DNA of 64,000 nt from assembly GCF_964213995.1 (NCBI RefSeq), contig NC_135810.1, positions 54,498,001 through 54,562,000 of the forward strand. The letters are read 5' to 3'. Positions 12,559 to 24,634 of this stretch are shown one piece after another. Within the stretch, counting starts at the first letter, position 1; every line of letters starts with the position of its first letter. The notes beneath the pieces are model-generated. The model saw only the letters and a list, made by a program, of their open reading frames with translations. It ran no database searches and was not told the origin of the DNA. The position numbers and the translations under genes were made by a program. The DNA comes from Mustelus asterias. Its lineage: Eukaryota.

Positions 12559-14094
12559 ACAGTTCCAAAAATATTTTAAAAAACAAATTGCTGGCTGGAG
12601 GCAGAGTGTGGTGACAGGGAATATGAGGAAGAAAGATAGGATGTGAGGATTGTTGCAGGCATGGACTGGTGGCAAATAGCTTGACCGGAATGGCACAATG
12701 GGCTAGCATGGGAAATGGGGAGAAAGTGGCCACAGTCCCAAGCGAGTGAGTGAGCCCTGCGAGATTTGACAGGCCTTGGGAAAGGGAAGCCGATAGGAAG
12801 GGGGAGAGAAAATGATCTGTCCAATAAAACTCAGATGGTAGCAATGAGAAATGAAAGTGACAGTTAAAACAAAACCCTGAGGGGGAAGACTGGCTGGCAT
12901 AAATTCAGGTTAAAAAACCAATAAATAAATCGCAACATTAGATAATGGAGCAAATAGACAAAGCTCAGAGAAGCAATAGCGCCATCCCGTGACAGGCAAC
13001 TATAATGACACCTTAGTTGAAAATAGCACCCAGATATGCCAGAAATTAACGTGACAAAGGGGACATGAATGCCAGATCCAGAATTTTTATTACAGGTACA
13101 AGACTGATGTCCAGTGCAATTGCTAATGGGTTCTGAAGCCTTATTAGGAAAATAAAGCCAACCAGGATCAGCTGATAGTGAAGTGATGAATTTGGATAAT
13201 ATTTACACAAACAAATGCTGGAGCTGTGTATAGCAGAGGGATAATCTAAAATGGACCATTTATAAAGGGAAAAAGAAAGGGGGAAACTTAGACAAAAGGT
13301 TCATAATTAAAGAAGGAGCTCTGATCAAAAATCAAAAAAATAGTTCCAAGGTATATTGCAAAATGTGAGCAATAAACCAAGGGAATTAATTTTACATGAA
13401 ATTCTAGACTCTAGCATTTAAAAAGTCTGATTATAAACTAGATAAGAATCAGATACAATACATGCAGACGAGAGAGAAAATTTGCCACCTCTGCACAATT
13501 TTTCCAAAGGTGGCTTCTCAGGGATGACAGCCACCCACCTAGTAGTGGTGGGCAGTCAATAAGGGTGATTAAGCAGGTACAGAGAAATCTATTGCAATTT
13601 GTCAGAAGCCCATGGGTCATACACAGGGTCAGCACCTCATGGAAGCGGATGAGCTATTGTCTATAGCAACAGACATTAAAAAGGGAATCAGAAAAGAGGA
13701 AGTCAAGCATGGTCAATGACCTACCATACTTTTAGCAGATCTCTCAGATTGGGAGTGCTGAGAGAGGGAGGGAATGGGATTTATAGTGGGATTTATTCTG
13801 AGCTGCAATGAGTGCCACATTCATCTCAGCATTCCATGGGCAGTCCATTCCCATGCGAGGGTCAGCACTGCCTCAGGGAACTCTGACACACAGTCACACA
13901 TTTCCTTTGCTGGTCCACAAGCACTGTTTATTTGTGGCCCTCGAGGCTCGGCATCTCCAGCCAGGGGTTGAGCTTGGCTGGAGCGTTCCTCTGTCCTTTG
14001 ATAGGCACTGCCAGATCAGACATTGCCTCTATCATCTGCTCCTGCTGATGACGTTATGACGTGACAAGACGAGAGTATATGGTGTTCCGACTGA

Positions 14095-15290
14095 TATAGT
14101 GTCGATAGAGGACTGGCTAATTAACAAGAAAGTCAGAATAAATGTGCCATTTTCAGATTGGCAAACTGTGACTCGTGAAGTGTTGCAGGGGTCAGTCCTG
14201 GGACTCAACTACTTTGGACTTAAAAGGAAAGTTCAACTGCATTGTAGCCAAATTTGCTGATGATACAAAGGTAGGTAGGAAAACAGTTGTGAGGAGGATA
14301 CAAAGCGTTTATAAAGGGATATTAATAGGTTAAGTGAGTGGGCAAAAAATGACAAATGGAGTGTAATGTAGGAAATATGAGGCTGTCCATTTTGGCAGGA
14401 AGAATAGAAAATTTTATGAGGAAAGATTAGACAGGTTGGGCCCGTATGCATTAGAGTTTAGAAGAATGTGGGATGATTTTATTGAAATGAATAATTTCCA
14501 AGGGAAATTGACAGGGCGGATACTGGGATGGTTCCTCTCAAAGAATATCCTAAAACTGGGACACAGTTTAAAATAAAGAGATTTCTCATTTAAAATGGAG
14601 ATGATTCGTTGTTTTTCTCTCACAGGATGGAGGGAATTTGGTGAAGATGACAGGATGTGCTCCTTTCCTTTTCTACCTTTCCTCAGAAAGAAGAACAGCA
14701 GGCAGCATTGGTAAGTAAGACCTCGTGAGTATTTCTACTGTCCTTAATTTGCAGATGACACAAAGATAGATAGGAAAGGAAGCTGTGAAGAGAACATAAG
14801 GAGTGAGCACAAATCTGGCATATGGAGTACAATGTGGGAAAATGTAAAATTACATATTTTGGAAGGAACAATAAAAAAAGCACATTATCGAAATGGTGAG
14901 AGATTTCAGAGCTCTGAGGTGCTGAGGGATCTGGGTGTCTTAATGCATGAATCACAAAAGATTAATATGCAGGTACAGCAAGTAATTAGGAAAGTTAATA
15001 AATGTGTACATGTCCCTTAACAGTAATCACATGCTTGAGTGGCATATAAAGGAAGAAATAATGGGAGTTATGACAATAATCATGGAGGATTTTAATTCAC
15101 ACACTGACTGGAAAAATCATGTGGACAAAGGTAGCCCAGATGAGGAGTTCAGCAAATGTTTTTGGGAGTTTCTTAGAGCAGACATTGAAGAGCCAACCAG
15201 AAAGCAGTCCACACTAGACTGGATATTGTGTTATGAGACAAGATTAATTAATGGCCTCAGTGAAGGCCCCCTAGATAGCAGCAAACATAA
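14095..15290 (+). mobile_element. Several degenerate CR1 fragments
   Basis: Remnants aaatttgctgatgatacaaag (KFADDTK), agggatctgggtgtc (RDLGV), and endonuclease-like MEDFN...EEPTRKQSTLDWIL. Confidence 0.7.
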
Positions 15291-16349
15291 TGGGTCCGAT
15301 TCTCCCATCGCAATGTGCGAGTTAAAGACCTTCCTGAATTGTACTCTGGTCCCGCTTAGTCTGACAGACAGGACGCCACCTGCCACTCCGAAGAAATCAA
15401 ATTATTTCTGCAAACTCTTACCGCACCCCAGAAGATCCAGCAAGGCTTTGATGAATTGTGAGTCCACGCTTCCGTAACAGAATTCCGTATTGCTGCTCTT
15501 TACTCTTACATACTCGGTAATGATAGTCTGCCTACAGTCACATTAATGGCTAACAAATGCCCTTTAAATTAGCCTTGCCATGTCTCGCTACCACCTCCCG
15601 AATATACCTGCCCCCCCTAATTGGATGGCAATCAACAAGGACAAGTCACTAGTTGGTTGCCTCATGCAAAGTTTTGCTGAATGCCATGCAACAACCTTGA
15701 GTGAAGTTGGGACCCAGGAATTATTCCAATATCAGTTTTGCAACACAGCCGGTAATATCCAACCCTATAAGAATGGAACTGGCAATATTTATAAAAGAGA
15801 GTTTAGAGATGGGTGATGTGGACAAAGAAGGGGCACAGACAGTTCTTGGAGTGGCTGGAGCTCAAAGATTTAAAAAACCGTGTTAAATTAGTAGGATAGA
15901 ACACTGGCAACCAAATTGTGGGAGGGAAATGGAAGAGAAAATCAGAAGTCAGATTAGAGAGATGAAGAGGAAAAACAATTATTGTTCTGGGAGATCTTCA
16001 TTACCCACTTATTAATTGAGACAAGGAGATAAAGAAAAGGGAACTGAAATCCTCAAGTACTTGCAGGACTGAAGATTGGCTAATGTAGAGCTCATTTTTA
16101 AAGGGGAAACAGAACTAATTCAGGTAATTACAGCCCAGCTAGCATCACATCTGTGAGAGGGACATTTTTAGAGTGTCTAATTAAGAATTAAATTACTAGC
16201 AATGCAGATAAAGGGAAAATAGAATGGGCCAGGATTGATTTCAAAAGGAATGATTGTGCTTGACAAACTTCACAGAATTTGTTGAGTAGGTTCCAGGTTT
16301 GGTCGATGGGGAATTACAGAGAACGAAGTGTAGACTTCAAATATTTTGA

Positions 16350-18170
16350 CAATGTCTCTACAGGAGCTTTCTGTCTCGTAAGATGATTGTTTGAGCCGTG
16401 ATGGTCAACTCTGTGTTAAGTATTTCCTGGTGTGGCTTCGAAACCCCATTTGACGTGGTAATCTCTGCTGCAATTGCTGTAGTGGAAGACCGAGAAGGTT
16501 GAGAAGTTGTACGATTCACTGGCCTCTGTTTTCTCTGGATCCTCCTCTTATCCAGCTGAGCTTTTTGGTTCTGTTCATCTTTTTCAATGCCCTTCCAAAC
16601 AATCAGCTTCCAGAGGTCATGGCGGTCAGCGAGTGTCTCCCAGTTATCGGCGACAATATCCACCATCATCATATCTTCCGTGCGAGTGTCCTTGTACTGG
16701 GGGTATGGACACCTAACAGGCCGTGACCCAGTGGCCAATTGATGGTACAAATGGTCCTTGGCTATACAACTGTCATCCATCTGATAAAACAGCCAGTGCA
16801 ATTGTTGCTAGTTTACCAATGTGCAGATGTTAATGGAATTGGTATGCTCCAGGTGGTTGTGGAGCCTAGAAATATGAAACTATCAATAACCAGATACCTT
16901 TTGACACAGGTCATAGTGGCGGCATGTATGAAGGGATTAAAAAAAGGTCTATCAATAAAGAAAACAGCTCAATTGAAAAGGCAGGAGAAGTCATCGGTGA
17001 CTACAGTAAACAGTTGGAGAGATGGGTGGAACACTGGCTCTCGGGAGAACGCTGTTATATAGGAAGTTGCAGAATCCATAGAAAGCCTACTTGTCGTGGA
17101 GAGAGCTACATACTGAATCTACAGTGGAGGATCTTTGGATGGCAACATCCTGGACTCTGACATTTGTCTTCCTGATGCCAATGGTCAAACCAAACCCCTT
17201 TCAGATGTCAGAGAGTCTGTTCATTTGCTGCTGACATGTTCCTTGGTATGGAATATTATTGCAGCATCATCAGCATGGAGCAACTCTCTGATGAGCCTTG
17301 ATGCACCTTTGTCCTGGACCTCAGGTGAATAAGGCTCAACAGCTTTCCATCGGTTCTGGTATATGGGGAGACACTATCTGCAGAGGACATGAAGACAAAT
17401 GTCTGCAACAAAGAGAAGAATATGCCAGAGTATTGGTTCCAGAACGCAACTTTGTTTGAATCCACTGTGGCTCTCCAACGGTTCTGATGTTTCAACATCA
17501 GAGCTGACCTTGCCGAACATGTGATCATGGAAAGAGGAGATCACTTTGAGCAGCTTCACTCAACAGCCAATTTTCTCCAGCAGATTAAATTAGACTGCTT
17601 CTGCTCACATAGCCGAGTGCCTTTATGAGATTGATGAAGGTAAGGTATAGTGGTCTCCTTTGTTCATGGCAATTGTCCTGCAGCTGCCACACTGAGAAAA
17701 TCATGTCAATTGTCGACATTCTAGTTCTGAAACCACACTGGGATTTAGGATAGTGTTCAGCCAGGATCTGCAGGCTGACACGGACAAAATGAGAAAATAC
17801 TTTTCCCACAATGTCTCAATAGTTGATGAATTCGCTGTGGTTGCCCTTGTTCTTGTACAGAGTCACAATCTTTGCATCACACATACCCTGGGGCACTGCA
17901 GTCTCCCTTCAGCTGACACAGAATCTCATACAGATGCTGCAGAGTACTGGTTTCCCATGCTTGATGAGTATGCCATTAGCACTTGGATCCTAATCCGTGG
18001 CAAGCGAGTCAATAGCTCAATATCCAGCTCTGCCCATGACAGGTAGGCTTTCTATAGATTCTGCAACTTCCTATATAACAATGTTCTCCTGAGAGTACCA
18101 ACTCAAGGTAGTGTTCTACCCATCTCTCCAACTGTTTATTGCAGTCATTGATGACTTCTCCTGTGTCTGA
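16350..18170 (-). mobile_element. Degenerate RTE-clade LINE
   Basis: SQCGFRTRMSTIDMIFSVWQLQDNCHEQRRPLYLTFINLIKA (RTE RT motif), SGFKQSCVLEP, LYHQLATGSRPVRCPYPQYKD...WETLADRHDLWK; many stops and frameshifts. Confidence 0.85.
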
Positions 18171-19743
18171 AGACAAGGCTGGCAAAAATACACTTTACAC
18201 ATTTGCCAGCAGATGGTGAAACATAATAAACCATTCATCGATGGTGAAGTTATCAAGGACGCTTCGACAGTTGCTGCTGACACCTTGGCCAAAGACTTTA
18301 AAAATAAAGATGAAATTATGACAGCTATCAAGAGCGAAGGGTGGAATTGTTGTCCGAGGCAAATTAATGTAGACTTATCATGCTGTGAATGTTTCTCACT
18401 GCAGTTTGATGAATCAGTAGTTATGACAGATATGGTCCAGCTGATTGAATGCAATGTGACCAAAAACAAAGACTCAACAACAAAAGAGGACTTTCTCACT
18501 CTTTTGCCACTCCACTCAAAGGGAGGACAAGAAGCGAGGATATTTACAACAAATTCAAAACTCATATGACTGAGAAAAACATTCCGATCAAGAAATTGGT
18601 TTCTTTCACACCGTGAAAGCGAGGTAGCAATGCAGGCTTTGTGGCACTTTGCACATATGATCCTGAGTTCTCCTTTGTCAATTAGAACTGTGTTATCTAT
18701 CAACAAGTGGGAGCGAGCTGGGTTATTGACTTTTCTCATGTAATGACAGTTGTTGTCAAGATTGTCAACTCAATTCATGCCAAACATCTGCAAATTTGTT
18801 TGTTCAAATTGTTACTCGAGCTTCATGCCACCAATGGTGAGCTCATCCTTCATGCAGAGGTAAGGTGGTTAATTTGAGGAAAAGTCCTCCAGAGAGTTTT
18901 GGATCTGCTCCCTGAAATTGTCACCTTTCTTAAATTTGAGGTGTACAGCGAGCTGTCAGATAATGCATGGGTTGCTAGACTTGATATTTCTTACGGATAT
19001 AAGTACAAAACTGAATGAACTGAATCACTGACTTTTAGGAGGGACAGAGACTTGTCACACATGATCAGTACAGAGAATGTGTTCAAGTTGAAACTGGGCC
19101 TGTGGTCCTCCCAAATAAAGACACAGCCACTGGAGTGTGGTGACGAGGGAATTACTGAGCACTTCCCAAATCTGGAGACAAGGTTCCATCCAAACATCTT
19201 TGTCCCCCTGAACAAATTGGAAAACAAATTCAACAGACAATGTCAGGAGTTAGACAAGATTAAACAAATCACTATGCTTGTCTCACATCATTTTCTTCAA
19301 GTGGACATTGGAGAACCGACAGCAACATTTTGGCAGGTGTTTGAACAGAGCAGTGGCCTTGACGTAGAAATCATCACCATGCAAGATGACATAGAACTGA
19401 AAATTAGGTCAAGGGGCAAAGACTTTTGGGGATTTGTAAACAGAGACAAGTACCCTTTTCTGACATTCTGTGCACTCAAGGTGAAGGCATACTTTGGTTC
19501 ACCTGTGAGATGGCTTTTTCCCAGATGAAAATGTCACTGATGCCATCTGATAGGCTGTATGAGACTGGCCATTTCAATCTACAACACAAACATCACAGCA
19601 CTCCCAGAAAGTCAGAAAAGGTGAGTGTTATGCACGGCATACATTTTAGGGGGTTTTCGTAAAGTCGAATTTTTAAGAGCAGATCTTGTGCTGCATTTAG
19701 ATTCTGAAAGTGATCTTGTGCTTCAATAGGTTGGAGACCACTG
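18170..19743 (+). mobile_element. Decayed hAT (Charlie/SPIN-like) DNA transposon
   Basis: KHNKPFIDGEVIK, FSLQFDES, catgcagaggtaaggtggtta (HAEVRWL), FKLKLGLW, DFWGFVNRDKYP...AYFGS; right end ggttggagaccactg is the reverse complement of a CAGTGGTCTCCAACC hAT-type TIR. Confidence 0.85.
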
Positions 19744-19869
19744 TTGGAGAGTCCTGAGGATTGGGCATGTGTATCATAAACTTCAGTGCTTGCTTGAAAC
19801 ATGCAGTGCATACATTTCACACAGATCTTTTTAGATCTTTTGAGATTATTGCTTAAAATGCTAAAGGTT

Positions 19870-20155
19870 AAAGTTTATTTATTAGTGTCACAGGTGGGCT
19901 TACATTAACACTGCAATGAAGTTACTATGAAAATTCCCTCGTACCCACACTCAGGTACGCTGAGGGAGAATTTAGCATGGCCAATGTACCTAACCAGCAT
20001 GTCTTTCGGACTGTGGGAGGAAACTGGAGCAACTGGAGGAAACCCACAGAGACACGAGGAGAATGTGCAGACTCCACATGGTCACCCAAGGTGGGAATCG
20101 AACCCGGGTCCATGGCGCTGTGAGGCAGCAGTGCTAACCACTGTGGCACTGCTGC
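19870..20155 (-). mobile_element. HE1-related tRNA-derived SINE
   Basis: Reverse complement of the A/B-box head and body seen at 3738; different 3' tail. Confidence 0.85.
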
Positions 20156-20437
20156 CTCTGCTGTCTCCATGGCCGATTTGAATTCTGTGAACTTGAATTC
20201 ATCCAAAATTTTACTGCCCGTTTACTAATGCATGTTAAGTGTCACATCTATTTCTCCTTTGAACACTGACCTGCATCAGCTCCCAGTCTGGTAATGCCTT
20301 TATTTCAAAATTAATTTTCTTGTTTTCAAGAGTGAGGAGCGAGCAGGAAAATTGAATTAAAGCCCAAAATAAGACATGAGTGTATTGAATAGTGGAGAAC
20401 TTTTGAACACAAGAAATAGGAGCAGGAGTACATCTCC

Positions 20438-21531
20438 AGGGAGGGAGATAAAGAGGGATTTTAAAACATATTTAGAAAGGTAACGAACAATGGAGAATTG
20501 GAACTGGGCAAGTATACAAACATGACTAACAAGATGCGAGGAGTCTGAGGCATGTGCTTCACCTGGAATGTTGTACTGACGTCCTGTCTGAAAGTTACAG
20601 GCAGTTAAATTAAGATTAACTCCTGGGTTTCCTCTTTCTGATTAACTGTGGCATGTCCTGCCAGAAACTTAACAACGCTGCTATTATATCATACCCTACA
20701 GATCTGCCTCAACTTTCTTTCCTGATTTTGACAGTGTGAGGTTGGACATTGCACAGAAAAGTTCCCTTCGTTGCTCGCAACCCAGTGGAGATGTACTCCT
20801 GCTCCTATTTCTGGTGTTCAAATCTGTCTATAGGTTTACCCCTCCCTATTTCTATAAGCTTTTCTTCTCTCCAGTGCTGAGATGTGTGTGTTCAGCTAAT
20901 TCTGATCTCTTGCACAATCCTGATTTTCTTCTCTGCACGATTGGTAGTTGATCATTTAGCTGCCAGGATCCTAAACTCTAGAATTAATTCCTAAATCTTT
21001 CTGCCTCTCTCTCTCTTTAAGATACTTTTAAAAACCTACCTCCTTGAGCAAACTTTCAGCAGTAGTGGTAATGCCTCCTCCTTATGTGGTCAGGTCTCAA
21101 ATTTTGTTTGATAAGCACGACTGTGAAATGTTTTGGGGATTTTACTCAGTTAAAGGTGCTATATAGATGCAGGTTATTGTTAGGCTAAAAGAATTTACAG
21201 AGCTAGGGAGGGAGATAAAGAGGGATTTTAAAACGTATTTAGAAAGGTGACGAACAATGGAGAATTGGAGCTGGGCAAGTATACATACATTACTAACAAG
21301 ATGCGAGGAGTCTGAGGCATGTGCCTCACCTGGAATCTTGCACTGACGTCCTGTCTGAAAGTTACAGGCACTTAAATTAAGATTAACTCCTGGGTTTCCT
21401 CTTTCTGATTAACTGTGGCATGTCCTGCCAGAAACTTAACAATGCTGCTAATATATCATACCCTACAGATCTGCCTCAACTTTCCTGATTTTGACAGTGT
21501 GAGGTTGGACATTGCACAGAAAAGTTCCCTT
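20438..21531 (+). repeat. ~330-bp direct repeat (20438-20768 and 21205-21531) flanking an L2-like 3' fragment
   Basis: Both copies run agggagggagataaagagggattttaaaac ... cattgcacagaaaagttccctt with few differences; the spacer ends in L2-like gttaaaggtgctatatagatgcaggttattgtt. Confidence 0.9.
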
Positions 21532-23149
21532 ACTCCCTTCAGAATTAGAACCATAGGTGCTTTGATGAACTGAGTTTCATTAATAATGCTTGCAGACTTT
21601 TCAAGTTAATGTCTAATTCAGCACCATTCTTTCTGACTGGTTGCTCAGTTGTCTTGTCAATTAAAATGCATCAGAACATAGCGATAGGAAGAGGATATTC
21701 AGCACCTCAAACCTGAACTCCATTTGCTTGCCTTTTCTCCATATTTTTTGATACTTGGGACAGGGTTTTCTGGCCACGCTCACCCTGAAACTGGAAAATC
21801 CTGCATGAGGTCAACGGATCTTTCCATGGTCTGCCTCTTGCCCGCTACGATTTCTGTGATGGGCGGAACAGAAAAATCCACCTCCATGACCCAACAAAAT
21901 GTACTAATTGCAGTTCTGACATTTTCAGTTGACCTTGCCCCTGCAGTCTTTTGCAAGGGAGAATTCCAGAATTCCATGAATCCTGGTATGCAAAGGGATT
22001 ATTAACTGCACACTAACAAAAATGTAAGAACTATTTTCTTCAAATACATCAACAGATCCCCAGAGTCCCACTGGTGAGCAATAGGAAACAAGGCGATGGA
22101 GACTGAGGTTTCCAAATGTGCTGAGGAAGTATCACAGACACAAGAGAGTTGAGGAAAGCTGGAAAGGACCTACTGTAATGCTGTCGTGTTGGCATTCTAC
22201 ATGTCTTCTTCAGTGGCATCCACTATCCTCGAGGTTCTGCTGCAGGATTGAAGAATCTAGTCAGAGCTTGCACGGAACAGGCTAAACCTGTGTACCCATT
22301 TTGTGCAAGGGTCTTTAAACAGGCACAGAGTCTTCCTTGGCACATTAAAAGTGATCCAGTGCTGATTTCTGGTGGCCTGAAAAAGGACAACAGCAAGGAC
22401 TAACAAGGTGGAAATGCTGTTGACACGGTTTAGGTGTAATACCTTGCACCCAGAAACTGGGATAAATTACGATACTTGTATGTGCAAAAATGGGGAAGAC
22501 ACATACCAATTTCTCTTCTCGCAAATATTTTTACTGTAAGTGGGTCATGCCGAGTACCAGAATGTTGCACCAAGCCCACAATGTGAAAAAATGATGGCAG
22601 CTGAGTGAGGTGACTTTGTACAAGCTGTCCCCAGCATACTCTCTAATTCAATCTTTTACTCTCGTTCTATGCTCTTAAAACTTAACTCTAACACCTTTAA
22701 ATTGTCTAATAGTGTTCTCTTTGCTGATCTTTCTCTTCACCCTGTCTGGAATCTGCAACACCATATTCTGCAGCCTCTCCTTTCCTTCTACTCTATGTAC
22801 TCCATGCACGATTCAGAAAGGGTGTCAGTGCAAGGTTCCAGTGAGGCATTTGCTTTAGGCTTGTGCAACTTGCCTCTTGTTAGTCATGTATGTATACTTG
22901 CTCACCTCCAATTCTCCATTGTTTGTTTTGCGCACGGGAAACAATGCTTTTCACTCTATCCCAATAATAAATCAAAATGTGAATTCTGTTTGATACCACT
23001 GCTCTAAAGTTCTGACACTAATTCTGTGCCAAAGTCTGTAGTTTTTGTTACCCACAAGGAAAAATAAATTGCCAGCAAACATTTGGTCGACCTTCCTCAG
23101 CTGCAAACCCGCTATCCATTGCAAACACCACTGCAATGCCCAGGTTTGA

Positions 23150-24110
23150 CGGGAATGTGTGTGCACTCTGCTCACAGGCAGCAGCTGGTCCCCAGGAGCC
23201 AGCCTACCGGCACTTGCTTCTTTCCCGCGGCGTGTCACCTGGCAACGAGCGTCACACAATAGCGTCGCCTATCCAATAGATAGCGGGGGGGGGGGGGGGG
23301 GGAGATTTTACTTTATTCTTTAAAAATGAGGGCAAAAGTAGAAGCAGAAACACCAGCACGTCTGAAGTACAAAATAAGTAATAGTAATTGTATTTGAAAT
23401 GTTTACTTATTTCCTCCTGTGTGTGAATACTGTTATATTTTCTGGTCTCCCTCCCACACCGCCCCCCCCCCGCCACAAGTGTGGGTAATGAGCTGAGCCA
23501 TTGTGACGAGCAATAGCGTTGGGCAGGCGGTGACGGGGAGCCGGGACCATCCAGTTCAGTGTCGGCGCTGACCTGACACGTTGTGGCTGATTAATTTTTT
23601 GCACTGTATTTTTTTAAAAGAAAGAAAAACAGTTTCGAGGAATCGGTTCGTGTTCCTCATCCTGACTCTCCGTTTCTCGGCTCCAGTTTCTCGGTGACAT
23701 CGAAGTTGAACCGGGAGCTTCGCGTGTGTGCGGGCGCGCGCAGGCGCGTTGGCCGACCTGCCGAGCCGCCATGTTGCAGACTCTGTACGAGAGGTTGGGG
23801 CTGAAAACGGTGACTGAAACTTTGGCGATATGGTGCGGCTACAAACCGCCCCCCCGGTCTCGGTTCGCCATCGTCTACGATTTCATGTACAACTTGCTGT
23901 CGTTCCTGTGGACCACGAACCTGGGCAACATCATCTTGCTGATCGCGATTTTGCTAATAGTCTGGGGCCTCGTGGTCTTGATCATGAAATTCGTGGGCAA
24001 GTTCATCCAACGGTAGAAGGAGGAGAAGAAGAAGAAGAGCTTACTGAAGTTGGTAAAATCGACGACTACATACTATCCGCGCCGCAAGGTACGTGCCCGG
24101 TGTTATCCTG
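23150..24110. promoter_or_regulatory. CpG island / probable promoter and first exon
   Basis: High CpG density in sequence not recognised as repetitive, CCAAT near 23252, long G run near 23285-23302, GC-box-like ccgccc near 23459; contains GCCGCCATG at 23765-23773. Confidence 0.75.
23771..24088 (+). CDS. Probable first coding exon (single transmembrane helix) of the SPATA31/FAM75-like gene; contains in-frame TAG at 24014-24016
   Basis: Perfect Kozak gccgccATG; MLQTLYERL...NIILLIAILLIVWGLVVLIMKFVGKFIQR*KEEKKKKSLLKLVKSTTTYYPRRK, then phase-0 donor AAG|GTACGT at 24088/24089. Linkage to the giant exon is inferred. Confidence 0.65.
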
Positions 24111-24634
24111 TTACTGAGTATTGGAATACCCCATGTTTGTGTGTGACAGGGAGTTAATTGGGTGTTTGGGAGTCTTGTATTGTCCACCTCCCATTATCAC
24201 CATCATCTGCTGTTGGAAAATATTTTGTTCATGTGCTTAATCACTGCAACGTACAATTTGTCCAAATTTACCTCTACCTTTTAACAGGTCGTAATTTTCT
24301 TGATTTAGGGAGGTGGCAAACAACGTAATTATTTGGAACATTTTTCAGTCTACCAGCTTGTATCCTCCTGGTAAATTTCTATATCCCATTCAGCACATTA
24401 AACTTTATTCGCACCACTACATGCACAATGTGTACCATCTACAAAATGCACTGCAGAACTCATCAAGGTTTCTTAGTCAGCACCTTCCAAATTCTCAACC
24501 TCCAGCACCTAGAATAACAAGGGCAGAAGATGCAGGGGAACACTACAATCTACAAGTTCAACTTTGTCAAGCAAAATCACACCTTCGCACTATATCACCA
24601 TTCTTTAATTGTCATGGGTAATAAATTCTGGCCT

